Shown in pieces: positions 8,497 through 16,592 of a DNA stretch of 24,597 bases. The notes beneath the pieces are model-generated. The model was not told where the DNA came from. It searched no databases and worked only from the letters and a program-made list of their open reading frames with translations. This DNA is from a virus (Duplodnaviria; Caudoviricetes): the IMG/VR virus record IMGVR_UViG_3300002092_000187, positions 1 through 24,597 of that record. One strand, written 5' to 3'. Every line of letters starts with the position of its first letter. Positions within the stretch are counted from its first letter, which is position 1. The position numbers were made by a program, and so were the translations under genes.

Positions 8497-9563
8497 TATT
8501 CTCAAAAATATCTCACTTCGGGCTTAAGAGACAGACTGAAAACCTTAAGGCCGAGTTGTTAGATGCTACCTATGAGGCTATGAAAGAAGGCCAATTCCTT
8601 GAAGGTCCCTTCACACGGGAGTTTGAAGCATGGCTTTGTAAAAGAACAGGAAGCCAGTACGCAACCTTAGTACACAGTGGAACACAAGCACTTGAGTTCA
8701 TAGCGAAGAGCATTCGTGACATGAATGATAGCAAGGTTGTACAGTACAATCCTGACAAGATCGTACTTCCTAACCTAACATATCCTGCAACTCTCAATGC
8801 TTTTTTGAACACTGGCTGGGAAGTAGAGTTAGTAGACACCGATAAAAATGGATTGTTGCCGGACCAATATCTGTTAAATGTAGGCAAACCTACATGTTAT
8901 GTAGGACTATATGGCGCTTCTACTAACCGAATGGCATGGCGAGGAACAATAGTTGACGGGGCTCAACATTGGCTAGTCGCAGATGGCAACATAGGTGATG
9001 CTATGGCTATTAGTTTTGACCCTACCAAGAACCTACCATCATCTGGAAACGGCGGCGCCGTCGTAACAAACAATTCGTACATACATGACTTCATAGAAAA
9101 CTACAAAAATAACGGTAAAGGGAAGAATTTCCTAACTCCGGGTACCAATAGCAAGATGAGTGAGATTGACTGTGCCCATCTGATGGTAAGAACCAAATAC
9201 ATAGATCAATGGCAAGAACGGCGAAAGCAGATCAGATTATATTACATAGAGGAGTTCAAAGACATACCAGTACGATGCTTGAGCGACGGTTTTGAGAGAC
9301 ATGCAGATCAAAAATTTGTGATATACACTGATCGTCGGTCACAATTACAGCATGAAATGAATCAGCTAGGCATAGAAACAAAGATACATTACGATAGGCC
9401 CCTGAGTGAGTTGGCTGTTGCGAAGGATTTGGTTAAGCCTGATTTTTTAAGTGTAAGCAGCATGTTATGTAGGGGTATATTGAGCCTTCCTATCTATCCC
9501 GAGTTGACAGACAGTGAGGTAGAATATATCGCGGATAGAATAAAATTATTTTTCGCTAAATAA
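8493..9563 (+). CDS. DegT/DnrJ/EryC1/StrS PLP-dependent sugar aminotransferase
   Basis: SGTQAL, DGAQ, SFDPTKNL (PLP lysine), GGAVVTN, LSLPIYPEL. Confidence 0.93.
   Translation: MIFSKISHFGLKRQTENLKAELLDATYEAMKEGQFLEGPFTREFEAWLCKRTGSQYATLVHSGTQALEFIAKSIRDMNDSKVVQYNPDKIVLPNLTYPATLNAFLNTGWEVELVDTDKNGLLPDQYLLNVGKPTCYVGLYGASTNRMAWRGTIVDGAQHWLVADGNIGDAMAISFDPTKNLPSSGNGGAVVTNNSYIHDFIENYKNNGKGKNFLTPGTNSKMSEIDCAHLMVRTKYIDQWQERRKQIRLYYIEEFKDIPVRCLSDGFERHADQKFVIYTDRRSQLQHEMNQLGIETKIHYDRPLSELAVAKDLVKPDFLSVSSMLCRGILSLPIYPELTDSEVEYIADRIKLFFAK
9555..9562 (+). promoter_or_regulatory. late promoter core (GCTAAATA)
   Basis: TAAATA core ending 5 nt before ATG 9568. Confidence 0.6.
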
Positions 9564-9567
9564 CAGT

Positions 9568-9993
9568 ATGTCTAGTCTATTTGCACACTCCATCTTGAGC
9601 TTAGGAATAGTAGCACTACTATCATCTTTTGTGATATCAGTAATTCCTAAAGTCGGCGTATATAAGATGCCAGTCCAACTGGTTGGGATGATTGTTGCAG
9701 CATATGGATTCTGGCTAGAGGGTGGACTCGCCTACAAACAAAAAGTGGATCTCCAAATAGCCCAACTAGAGACACAGTTGGCGCAAGCCAAAGCAAAAGC
9801 CGATAGAGCCAGTGACAAAACGGAGACAAAAGTCACACATGACATTCAAATAATTCATGACAAAGGTGATACCATCATCAAATATCTTCAAGGTCCTGAT
9901 GTCATCAAGTACGATACCACCTGCGTGATACCAAAAGAAATCGTTGCTGCCCACAATGCTGCTGCGACATTAACTCCGGTGCCCGAAAAATGA
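9568..9993 (+). CDS. putative inner-membrane spanin (Rz-like)
   Basis: Hydrophobic N-terminal segments, then an Ala/Gln/Lys coiled coil and a single C-terminal Cys; overlaps a lipoprotein gene. Confidence 0.7.
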   Translation: MSSLFAHSILSLGIVALLSSFVISVIPKVGVYKMPVQLVGMIVAAYGFWLEGGLAYKQKVDLQIAQLETQLAQAKAKADRASDKTETKVTHDIQIIHDKGDTIIKYLQGPDVIKYDTTCVIPKEIVAAHNAAATLTPVPEK

Positions 9994-10262
9994 GAAAGAT
10001 TCTTATCCTAGCTAGTACATTGTTCGTGAGTTGCTGTGCCTCTGTGGTTCCGGTATCTGTTCCTTTTCCAACGCCACCGAAAGTGTTATTACAAAGATGT
10101 GATGATCTCAACACCCTCCAGCCTGAACCCAAACTGAGTGATCTCATGATAGTAGTCACTAAAAACTACACGAAGTATCATGTGTGCAAGGAAAAGGAAG
10201 CTGCATGGGCTAGCTGGTATAGTACGCAGAAATCCATCCACGATTCTTCAATCAAAAAGTAG
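9990..10262 (+). CDS. putative outer-membrane spanin lipoprotein (Rz1-like)
   Basis: MRK + hydrophobic core + lipobox-like FVSC(C); Pro-rich mature part with further Cys. Confidence 0.72.
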   Translation: MRKILILASTLFVSCCASVVPVSVPFPTPPKVLLQRCDDLNTLQPEPKLSDLMIVVTKNYTKYHVCKEKEAAWASWYSTQKSIHDSSIKK

Positions 10263-10283
10263 TTATGAATTGGCATCCCGTTT

Positions 10284-10291
10284 GATAAATA
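10284..10291 (+). promoter_or_regulatory. late promoter core (GATAAATA)
   Basis: Intergenic, upstream of a structural gene. Confidence 0.6.
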
Positions 10292-10313
10292 CTATATCAA
10301 CGGAAGAGTGTAA

Positions 10314-10850
10314 ATGTCAGCAACACAACAAATCATTAACATCGGAGCACTTCCAAACGACGGACAGGGTGATCCATTACGCACAGCTTTTGAGAAGATC
10401 AACAATAACTTCTCAAGTCTTTTCAATACCTTCACTAATACAAGTAATGCTTACACTAACGGTAATGCTCAAGGCCAAATTATCTTCACCGCCCCTGCTA
10501 ATACATTCTCTCAAGGGGTGTTTTATATTCAAAGTGCTGAAGTAGTGGGAGCGAATAGCCAAGCTATCTCACTCCTCTCAACAGTTAGTACCGACACGAC
10601 AGATGTGAACTATTCAGCTACTGGTTTTACCTACTTCGGAGCGTGTCTGTCAAACTTTGACATGATCGTGGTTAACGGTAATGTTCAGATCCGAGCTAAC
10701 CCGCTAGTAGATGAGACCCTGATTCACTTCATTGGTTCACAGATTATGTGGATCGGTAATGCAGTTCTTGGACAATCTCTGGCACTAGATGGATATGTAA
10801 ACTCAGTTCTAGCTACTGAAGCCGATAACAATATCACCACAGAGCAATAG
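10314..10850 (+). CDS. virion structural protein with T4 gp9/gp10-like N-terminal motif
   Basis: INIGALPNDGQGDPLRTAFEKINNNF resembles the baseplate wedge gp9/gp10 N-terminus; beta-rich, Asn/Thr/Gly-rich. Confidence 0.7.
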   Translation: MSATQQIINIGALPNDGQGDPLRTAFEKINNNFSSLFNTFTNTSNAYTNGNAQGQIIFTAPANTFSQGVFYIQSAEVVGANSQAISLLSTVSTDTTDVNYSATGFTYFGACLSNFDMIVVNGNVQIRANPLVDETLIHFIGSQIMWIGNAVLGQSLALDGYVNSVLATEADNNITTEQ

Positions 10851-10851
10851 C

Positions 10852-11250
10852 ATGAGAGCAAGAGAGTTTATTACGGAAGTTGCACTAGGGAAACCTGATA
10901 GTTTGCAGCAAGAAATCGCATTAGCATTGCCTGGTGCATGGAAGATTCCGGCTCTCCCCAACCAGGATCCGTATCTACAATATCGTTTTGGTGTCGCTAT
11001 CGCCGGTGCCAAAGGGGCCAAAGCCCGCCGAGAGGGCGGTGTTCCTGATTTTAAACCAGATAATATTTTTGGTGAGAATGAAATTGTAGTGAGCTATGAC
11101 CCAGAAACAGGTGAATATATCCGTGATGCATTGACATCAATGGGATTGCCTCCTAGTGCTGCTGTTCAGATTGCGACTATGGCAAGCCAAGAAATGCCGG
11201 ATGTTGTCAAGAAAAGTCCTATGAATGCCTTTAAGGGGTATAAGAGATAG
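10852..11250 (+). CDS. hypothetical protein, candidate internal head protein (paralog 1)
   Basis: Starts MRAREFITE; shares PYLQ.RFG.A.AGA and SP.NAFKGYK with 11326..11709. Confidence 0.75.
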   Translation: MRAREFITEVALGKPDSLQQEIALALPGAWKIPALPNQDPYLQYRFGVAIAGAKGAKARREGGVPDFKPDNIFGENEIVVSYDPETGEYIRDALTSMGLPPSAAVQIATMASQEMPDVVKKSPMNAFKGYKR

Positions 11251-11299
11251 GATGTGTGTGATCCACCCTTTGGTTCTTTCGGCATGAAACACAGTATCT

Positions 11300-11307
11300 G
11301 ATAAATA
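11300..11307 (+). promoter_or_regulatory. late promoter core (GATAAATA)
   Basis: Intergenic, followed by SD AAGGA and ATG 11326. Confidence 0.6.
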
Positions 11308-11325
11308 CTCTATAAGGAATCTGGC

Positions 11326-11709
11326 ATGAGAGCATTTGAATTTTTAACTGAGGCAACTAGTTTAGCTGACGGTGATAAGTTTCCACCTAGTCACATGGAT
11401 GCCATGAAAAATGCTATCAGCATGCCTGACATCAGCCATAACACCGCTACAGGTAGCCCATATCTCCAATGGAGATTTGGAATCGCGATGGCCGGTGCCC
11501 CAGACTATCCTACACCTCCCATTGGTCCAATGGCAGGGGATCCGCTGCTATCTTGTTACACAGATGTTGAGTTAGAGATCGTTAACAAAGCAGCACAGTC
11601 AGTAGGTGCTGGTAGGATCAATAGGTTGTCTGACAATCGTAGCACAGAGTTGTCTAACACACAGAAAGTAAGCCCGATAAATGCATTCAAAGGCTACAAG
11701 AAAAAATAA
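11326..11709 (+). CDS. hypothetical protein, candidate internal head protein (paralog 2)
   Basis: Starts MRAFEFLTE; paralog of the preceding gene. Confidence 0.75.
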   Translation: MRAFEFLTEATSLADGDKFPPSHMDAMKNAISMPDISHNTATGSPYLQWRFGIAMAGAPDYPTPPIGPMAGDPLLSCYTDVELEIVNKAAQSVGAGRINRLSDNRSTELSNTQKVSPINAFKGYKKK

Positions 11710-11728
11710 TTTCACTATAGTATAGTCA

Positions 11729-11736
11729 TATAAATA
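11729..11736 (+). promoter_or_regulatory. T4-type late promoter TATAAATA
   Basis: Exact consensus, ending 5 nt before ATG 11742. Confidence 0.7.
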
Positions 11737-11741
11737 TTTGC

Positions 11742-12446
11742 ATGACAAAACTCACTGACATCAATCAAACATTAGACCTCATCAAGCTAAAATTCTATAA
11801 TGAATGGCTTTACACAGAACACATCCAGTCCGAAGGACCTAGTCAGTTTCACGACCAATTGACTAAGCAGATAGTAGAAACCTATGTTGACCCCCTTGAA
11901 CTTCCTAAAGATGCACATATCCTTGATCTAGGCTGCGGCCCAGGATACTTTTTAGATAATATGAAGGCACGAGAATATACCAATGTCACTGGGGTAACAT
12001 TAAGCCCAGGTGATATTGAAACTTGTGAGCAAAAAGGTCATAGGGTCAAGCAGTATGATCTATCTTTCCTTCCGCAGAAAGATGGATACTATGATGAATC
12101 AGTAGACTTCATCTTCCTTCGTCATGCTCTTGAACATTCTCCGTATCCTATCTTCTCATTGATGGAATACAATCGTATTCTAAAGCAAGGTGCCAAGATT
12201 TATATTGAAGTTCCTGCTCCGGATTGTGAACGTCCACATGAATTTAATCCTAATCACTATAGTATTTTCGGTGCTACTCAATTAGGTGCGTTACTTGTTC
12301 GTGCTGGATTCAACATTGACAAGTTCAATGATATCTCATTTGATCTAACGATGCCTGCTACAGTAGAAGGTGAAGAAGACCAAACATTTAAGGAAAAGTA
12401 TTTCTGTATTCTAGCGACAAAAGCCAGGCCACTAGATATCAAGTAA
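11742..12446 (+). CDS. class I SAM-dependent methyltransferase
   Basis: ILDLGCGPG motif I, VDFIF..HALEH, RILKQGA..IEVP; substrate unknown. Confidence 0.9.
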   Translation: MTKLTDINQTLDLIKLKFYNEWLYTEHIQSEGPSQFHDQLTKQIVETYVDPLELPKDAHILDLGCGPGYFLDNMKAREYTNVTGVTLSPGDIETCEQKGHRVKQYDLSFLPQKDGYYDESVDFIFLRHALEHSPYPIFSLMEYNRILKQGAKIYIEVPAPDCERPHEFNPNHYSIFGATQLGALLVRAGFNIDKFNDISFDLTMPATVEGEEDQTFKEKYFCILATKARPLDIK

Positions 12447-12450
12447 AAAT

Positions 12451-12480
12451 AAAGACCGGGTTAAGGCCCGGTCTTTTGTT
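12451..12480 (+). terminator. intrinsic terminator (possibly bidirectional)
   Basis: AAAGACCGGG-TTAAGG-CCCGGTCTTT followed by TGTTT; A-rich upstream. Confidence 0.8.
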
Positions 12481-12487
12481 TATGTAT

Positions 12488-12495
12488 GATAAATA
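12488..12495 (+). promoter_or_regulatory. late promoter core (GATAAATA)
   Basis: Directly after the terminator, before SD AAGGA and ATG 12518. Confidence 0.62.
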
Positions 12496-12517
12496 CATAA
12501 TAAAGGACTCAACTAAC

Positions 12518-13072
12518 ATGGCGTCATATGTTTACACTGCAAACTCTTCTGCACAAGCATCCGCTAATATAGCGACTGATAAAGTAAGAATTGCCACGAC
12601 AACCTCTGCTATTCAATTTGTAGCGAGCTATCCTAAAGTTACCGGAACAGGAACGGTCACGGCTGCTACTTCTTCAAAAGTTATCACTGGCAACGGAACT
12701 TCATTCTCGTCTCAAGTAGGCGTAGGATATTGGATCGGAAATGCGACCGGAGTGACTGTAGGAATAGTTGATAGTGTCGGAAATAACACTAGCTTGACGC
12801 TCACTGCTAATGCTAATGTAGCGATAACCGCAAATGCATTTACAATTAATCCATTCGGCGTTCCATATCAAGTAGCAACTGCAAATAGTGAAATCATTCC
12901 TGCTAACGGCACTGAGCGTAGTGTCTATGTAGGACAAGGAAATGTTATCTCTTTCTTGAATGTTGCGGGGTCAGCAGGAGCATTCTCCGTTACAGAACTA
13001 GGTGCACCTTATGCAAATACAGGTACTTCTGGTGTTCTTCCAACTCCTGCAAACGGTGGACCTTCATCATGA
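12518..13072 (+). CDS. putative virion structural / tail-associated protein
   Basis: Gly/Thr/Asn/Ala-rich; GTGTVTAATSSKVITGNGTSFSSQV is a fibre/baseplate-type motif; late promoter upstream. Confidence 0.65.
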   Translation: MASYVYTANSSAQASANIATDKVRIATTTSAIQFVASYPKVTGTGTVTAATSSKVITGNGTSFSSQVGVGYWIGNATGVTVGIVDSVGNNTSLTLTANANVAITANAFTINPFGVPYQVATANSEIIPANGTERSVYVGQGNVISFLNVAGSAGAFSVTELGAPYANTGTSGVLPTPANGGPSS

Positions 13073-13111
13073 TATTGATTTTCTTTAGAAGTCGCAACAG
13101 GAGTTTACAGT

Positions 13112-13855
13112 ATGTCTAATCCTCCACCGCCCTACTCAAATATAACAGGTACTAGTGCTGTTATAGCAAAATACAATCAACAAGAATCCATAGCTAATGC
13201 GAATGGAAATGCTCGTCCTGGACAACTTGTAATTGATGTAACAAATAACAATGTCTACATTGGCAATGTCAATGGCAATTTAGAGTTGATTAATACAGGT
13301 GGCGGTGGCACACATGCTGACCCTTCAGGACCAGTAAGTTCTTTACAGTATAATGCAGGTGGTAATCTATTTGGTGGGACCTCAAATATAACAATATCAG
13401 GCAACGGTCTTAATGTTGTTGGCAACATTACTTCTAGATCATTGGCAGTTGTTACTTCTAATACCCAGTCATTTAATCCTCTTTTTACAGATGCGTCAGC
13501 AACAACTGCAGGAGCAACGGTTACAGCTTCTTATACGCTTCAAGGACCATTATGTTATTTTAGAGTATATATAGATTTTGCTACCTGTACTAATTTTGGA
13601 ACTGGTCAATATCAAATTACTTTACCATTCCCTGCTATTCAAACTATACGGATTGCAGGCGGAACATTGCATCAAACAACCGGTGATTCAAAATATCATA
13701 TTGCTGGTATAACAGATGTATTTGACAGCACAACCGTACACAAGTTATATTATTCTGGTAGCACAACAGATTTAAACTGGAAATATAACACTCCAGTGGG
13801 TGCTACAACAGTGACTACACACTTTGATATTAGTGGCACATATCAAATAGCGTAA
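13112..13855 (+). CDS. putative tail fibre / receptor-binding-like protein
   Basis: SD AGGAG; SLQYNAGG..FGG fibre-like linker; C-terminal beta-sandwich ending ISGTYQI. Confidence 0.6.
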   Translation: MSNPPPPYSNITGTSAVIAKYNQQESIANANGNARPGQLVIDVTNNNVYIGNVNGNLELINTGGGGTHADPSGPVSSLQYNAGGNLFGGTSNITISGNGLNVVGNITSRSLAVVTSNTQSFNPLFTDASATTAGATVTASYTLQGPLCYFRVYIDFATCTNFGTGQYQITLPFPAIQTIRIAGGTLHQTTGDSKYHIAGITDVFDSTTVHKLYYSGSTTDLNWKYNTPVGATTVTTHFDISGTYQIA

Positions 13856-13868
13856 GGTAGTACAGAAC

Positions 13869-13876
13869 GCTAAATA
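13869..13876 (+). promoter_or_regulatory. late promoter core (GCTAAATA)
   Basis: Ends 5 nt before the terL ATG. Confidence 0.6.
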
Positions 13877-13881
13877 ATATC

Positions 13882-14805
13882 ATGAGCGGTTCAACCTCCC
13901 TAATCAAAACACCATACAAGAAAACCAACTTTAAGACGAAGAAGGAACTTGATGAGTTCGTAGCGTGCTGTGATCCTGATTTCGGTTATCTATATTTTAT
14001 GGATAACTTCTTCGTGATTCAGCATCCTACTAAGGGAAGCATGAACTATCATCCATGGAATTATCAAGAACGATTGATTGACACTTATCATCGCTATCGT
14101 TTCTCTATTTCACTGATGCCTCGTCAATCAGGTAAATCAACTTCAGCCGCTGGTTATCTGCTTTGGTATGCGATGTTTGTCCCTGATTCTACTATCCTTA
14201 TTGCAGCACACAAGTACACCGGTGCACAAGAAATTATGCAGCGTATACGATATGCGTATGAAAATTGTCCAGATCACATTAAAGCTGGCGTCACCACCTA
14301 CAACAAAGGTTCTATTGACTTTGAGAACGGTTCACGCATCGTGTCTGCTACAACGACTGAAAACACAGGTCGTGGTATGTCTATCACACTTCTATATCTT
14401 GACGAATTTGCGTTCGTCCGTCCCTCAATCGCTACTGAATTTTGGACATCTATCACTCCTACGCTAGCAACCGGTGGTAAAGCGATCATCACTTCAACTC
14501 CAAACTCGGATGAAGATCAGTTTGCTCTTATCTGGAAGATGGCCAACAAGACTGAAGATGAGTTCGGCAACACGACTGAGTTAGGCAAGAACGGATTTAA
14601 AGCATATCGTGCTTACTGGCGAGAACAGCCCGGTAGAGATGACATATGGGCAGACGAGATGCGGGCCCAGCTCGGAGATGATCGGTTCAATCGGGAGATT
14701 GGGTGCTTTGCGCAAAGCACCCAATTAAAACTAAAGGACTCAAGCGGTAAAATATTTACGGCTACCATGGCTGAGCTTGAAAAGTTGTTGGAAAATGATA
14801 AATAA
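13882..14805 (+). CDS. terL: terminase large subunit N-half (ATPase domain) fused to a split-intein N fragment
   Basis: T4 gp17-like: YQ motif, PRQSGKS Walker A, LYLDEFAF Walker B, ITSTPN; residues 275-307 are intein-like. Confidence 0.93.
   Translation: MSGSTSLIKTPYKKTNFKTKKELDEFVACCDPDFGYLYFMDNFFVIQHPTKGSMNYHPWNYQERLIDTYHRYRFSISLMPRQSGKSTSAAGYLLWYAMFVPDSTILIAAHKYTGAQEIMQRIRYAYENCPDHIKAGVTTYNKGSIDFENGSRIVSATTTENTGRGMSITLLYLDEFAFVRPSIATEFWTSITPTLATGGKAIITSTPNSDEDQFALIWKMANKTEDEFGNTTELGKNGFKAYRAYWREQPGRDDIWADEMRAQLGDDRFNREIGCFAQSTQLKLKDSSGKIFTATMAELEKLLENDK
14704..14805 (+). mobile_element. split intein N fragment (33 aa)
   Basis: After extein ...RFNREIG: CFAQSTQLKLKDSSGKIFTATMAELEKLLENDK* (Cys1, block A-like). 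Confidence 0.85.
14797..14804 (+). promoter_or_regulatory. late promoter core (GATAAATA) overlapping the IntN stop
   Basis: Could drive the endonuclease and the terL C-half. Confidence 0.55.
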
Positions 14806-14863
14806 AGATGTAGTTCGCGGAATGGGGATTCCCAACTACTCTAACGCTTTGGAGAGCATCAGC

Positions 14864-15538
14864 ATGACTATTTACTCAAAACGAAACCCGCCTGTTGGAT
14901 TCTATGTATATGCGTACTTCCGAAAGGACGGTACTCCTTACTATATAGGAAAAGGTAACGCAAAACGAGCCTGGCAGCTACACGAAAACATCAAAAGACC
15001 GGCGTATGAGTATATTGTAATATTAGCAGGCGGCTTAACGGAACTATGGGCCTTCGCACTAGAACGTTGGTATATCCGCTGGTATGGTAGAAAGAATATA
15101 GGCTCTGGAATATTACGAAACCGAACAGACGGGGGCGAAGGTACGTCTGGTTGTCAGCCTTGGAATACCGGATTAAAACTTCCTGGCCAAGGTGGCCGGA
15201 AGAAGGGAACTAAATGGTCTGCTGATGAACGTAGATCACAAGATAAAGCACGGTCAGCCATCGGCTACTATGATTATTTAAAATCAGCCGAGAGAGCTAA
15301 GAAGATCGGAGATTCGCAGCGAGGAAGAGTTGGTACGTCACTGGGAAAAATATGGTACAACGACGGAACTAAAGAATACTACGGGAACGCGGTACCACCT
15401 GGATTTATTAAGGGACGATTGATAACCAATTCCTCTAAGATAGGCATGCGGTGGTTCAACAATGGGTTAGTTAATAAACAATATAAGCAAGGTGAAGAAC
15501 CGGAAGGATTCGTAAGTGGACGTGTTAATAAAAAATAA
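14864..15538 (+). CDS. GIY-YIG homing endonuclease between the terL halves
   Basis: FYVYAY...PYYIGKG...R, LE, LRNRTDGGEG; two C-terminal W(Y/F)N(D/N)G...P.GF..GR repeats; start at ATG 14864 after GGAG. Confidence 0.87.
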   Translation: MTIYSKRNPPVGFYVYAYFRKDGTPYYIGKGNAKRAWQLHENIKRPAYEYIVILAGGLTELWAFALERWYIRWYGRKNIGSGILRNRTDGGEGTSGCQPWNTGLKLPGQGGRKKGTKWSADERRSQDKARSAIGYYDYLKSAERAKKIGDSQRGRVGTSLGKIWYNDGTKEYYGNAVPPGFIKGRLITNSSKIGMRWFNNGLVNKQYKQGEEPEGFVSGRVNKK

Positions 15539-15848
15539 ATTAGGATTAGAAATCCTTACTGACACTGGTTGGCAATCATTTGATGGCATAGTTAACAAAG
15601 GGGTCAAGCATACTGTTATTGTGAAAACAGCGGCCGCCGAAGTTACGCTCACCCCTGACCACGAAGTGTTCTTATCCAACTTGGAAAAAACTCGTGCTGA
15701 TCAACTAAAGCCCGGTGATCTGGTTTGCACTCTATCAGGAACAACTGAGGTAATTTCGGTTAAAGAAAATTGCTTGGAATCAGTGTATGATATAGTAAAT
15801 GCCGGCGCAAACAAAAGGTTCTACGCAAATGATATTCTTTGCTCCAAT
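15516..15848 (+). mobile_element. split intein C fragment (~111 aa)
   Basis: ILTDTGW, block B TPDH, LKPGD, block F VYDI, block G FYANDILCSN followed by Cys+1 at 15849. Confidence 0.88.
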
Positions 15849-16574
15849 TGCGAATTTATCATCGCCGACGAGACACTTATCAATCCAAACACACTACTGA
15901 TGCTTGAAGGCACTGAACCAACACATCGCATGGGACAGATTCGCTGGTACAAGACTCCTGAGAAGGGTAAGCTATATGTTGTAGCACTTGATCCATCATT
16001 GGGTACAGGTGGTGATCCCGCAGCTATTCAGATTTTTGAAGCAAGCACAACTACTCAGATTGGCGAATGGAAGCACAACAAGACTGATATTCCTAGCCAG
16101 GTCAAACTACTCGCAGAGATCACTAAGTATATCGCTGAGATTACAGGTGAACCTAATAACATCTATTACTCTGTAGAGAATAACTCCATCGGCGAAGCAT
16201 CGCTACTCTCACTCGCAGAGTATGGTGAATCAAACATTCAGGGCATCTTCATGAGTGAGCCGGGAAAGAAGAGAAAAGGATTCACAACTACTAACAAACC
16301 GAAGTTAGCAGCCTGTGCTAAATTCAAAACACTATTAGAATCAAAGAAGATGACTATTCATAGTCGTTCACTAATCAGCGAACTCAAGGCCTTCGTCGCT
16401 CACGGCGGCAGCTATGCAGCTAAAGTAGGGGATCATGATGATTTGGTTATGGCTTCTCTGCTAGCAGTCCGGATCATGCTGCAACTTTCAGACTACCATG
16501 GTGACCTAGAATCACACATCCGTGATTATGAAGACATAATTGCACCTCTCCCATTCTTTGCTGTCTTTAATTGA
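15516..16574 (+). CDS. terL: split-intein C fragment fused to the terminase large subunit C-half (nuclease domain)
   Basis: GTG start after GAAGGA. Intein to Asn111, then CEFIIADE..., ALDPSLGTGGD, VENNSIG, HDDLVMA (RNase H-like terminase nuclease motifs). Confidence 0.92.
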   Translation: MDVLIKNKLGLEILTDTGWQSFDGIVNKGVKHTVIVKTAAAEVTLTPDHEVFLSNLEKTRADQLKPGDLVCTLSGTTEVISVKENCLESVYDIVNAGANKRFYANDILCSNCEFIIADETLINPNTLLMLEGTEPTHRMGQIRWYKTPEKGKLYVVALDPSLGTGGDPAAIQIFEASTTTQIGEWKHNKTDIPSQVKLLAEITKYIAEITGEPNNIYYSVENNSIGEASLLSLAEYGESNIQGIFMSEPGKKRKGFTTTNKPKLAACAKFKTLLESKKMTIHSRSLISELKAFVAHGGSYAAKVGDHDDLVMASLLAVRIMLQLSDYHGDLESHIRDYEDIIAPLPFFAVFN

Positions 16575-16579
16575 TTTAG

Positions 16580-16587
16580 TATAAATA
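16580..16587 (+). promoter_or_regulatory. T4-type late promoter TATAAATA
   Basis: Exact consensus, ending 5 nt before ATG 16593. Confidence 0.72.
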
Positions 16588-16592
16588 CTATT

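Noticed and set aside
14704-15848. terL as a frameshifted pseudogene or one contiguous intein broken by sequencing error
   Set aside because: Each part has its own start signals and intact motifs; the middle gene is a GIY-YIG in another frame, matching the known split-intein layout.
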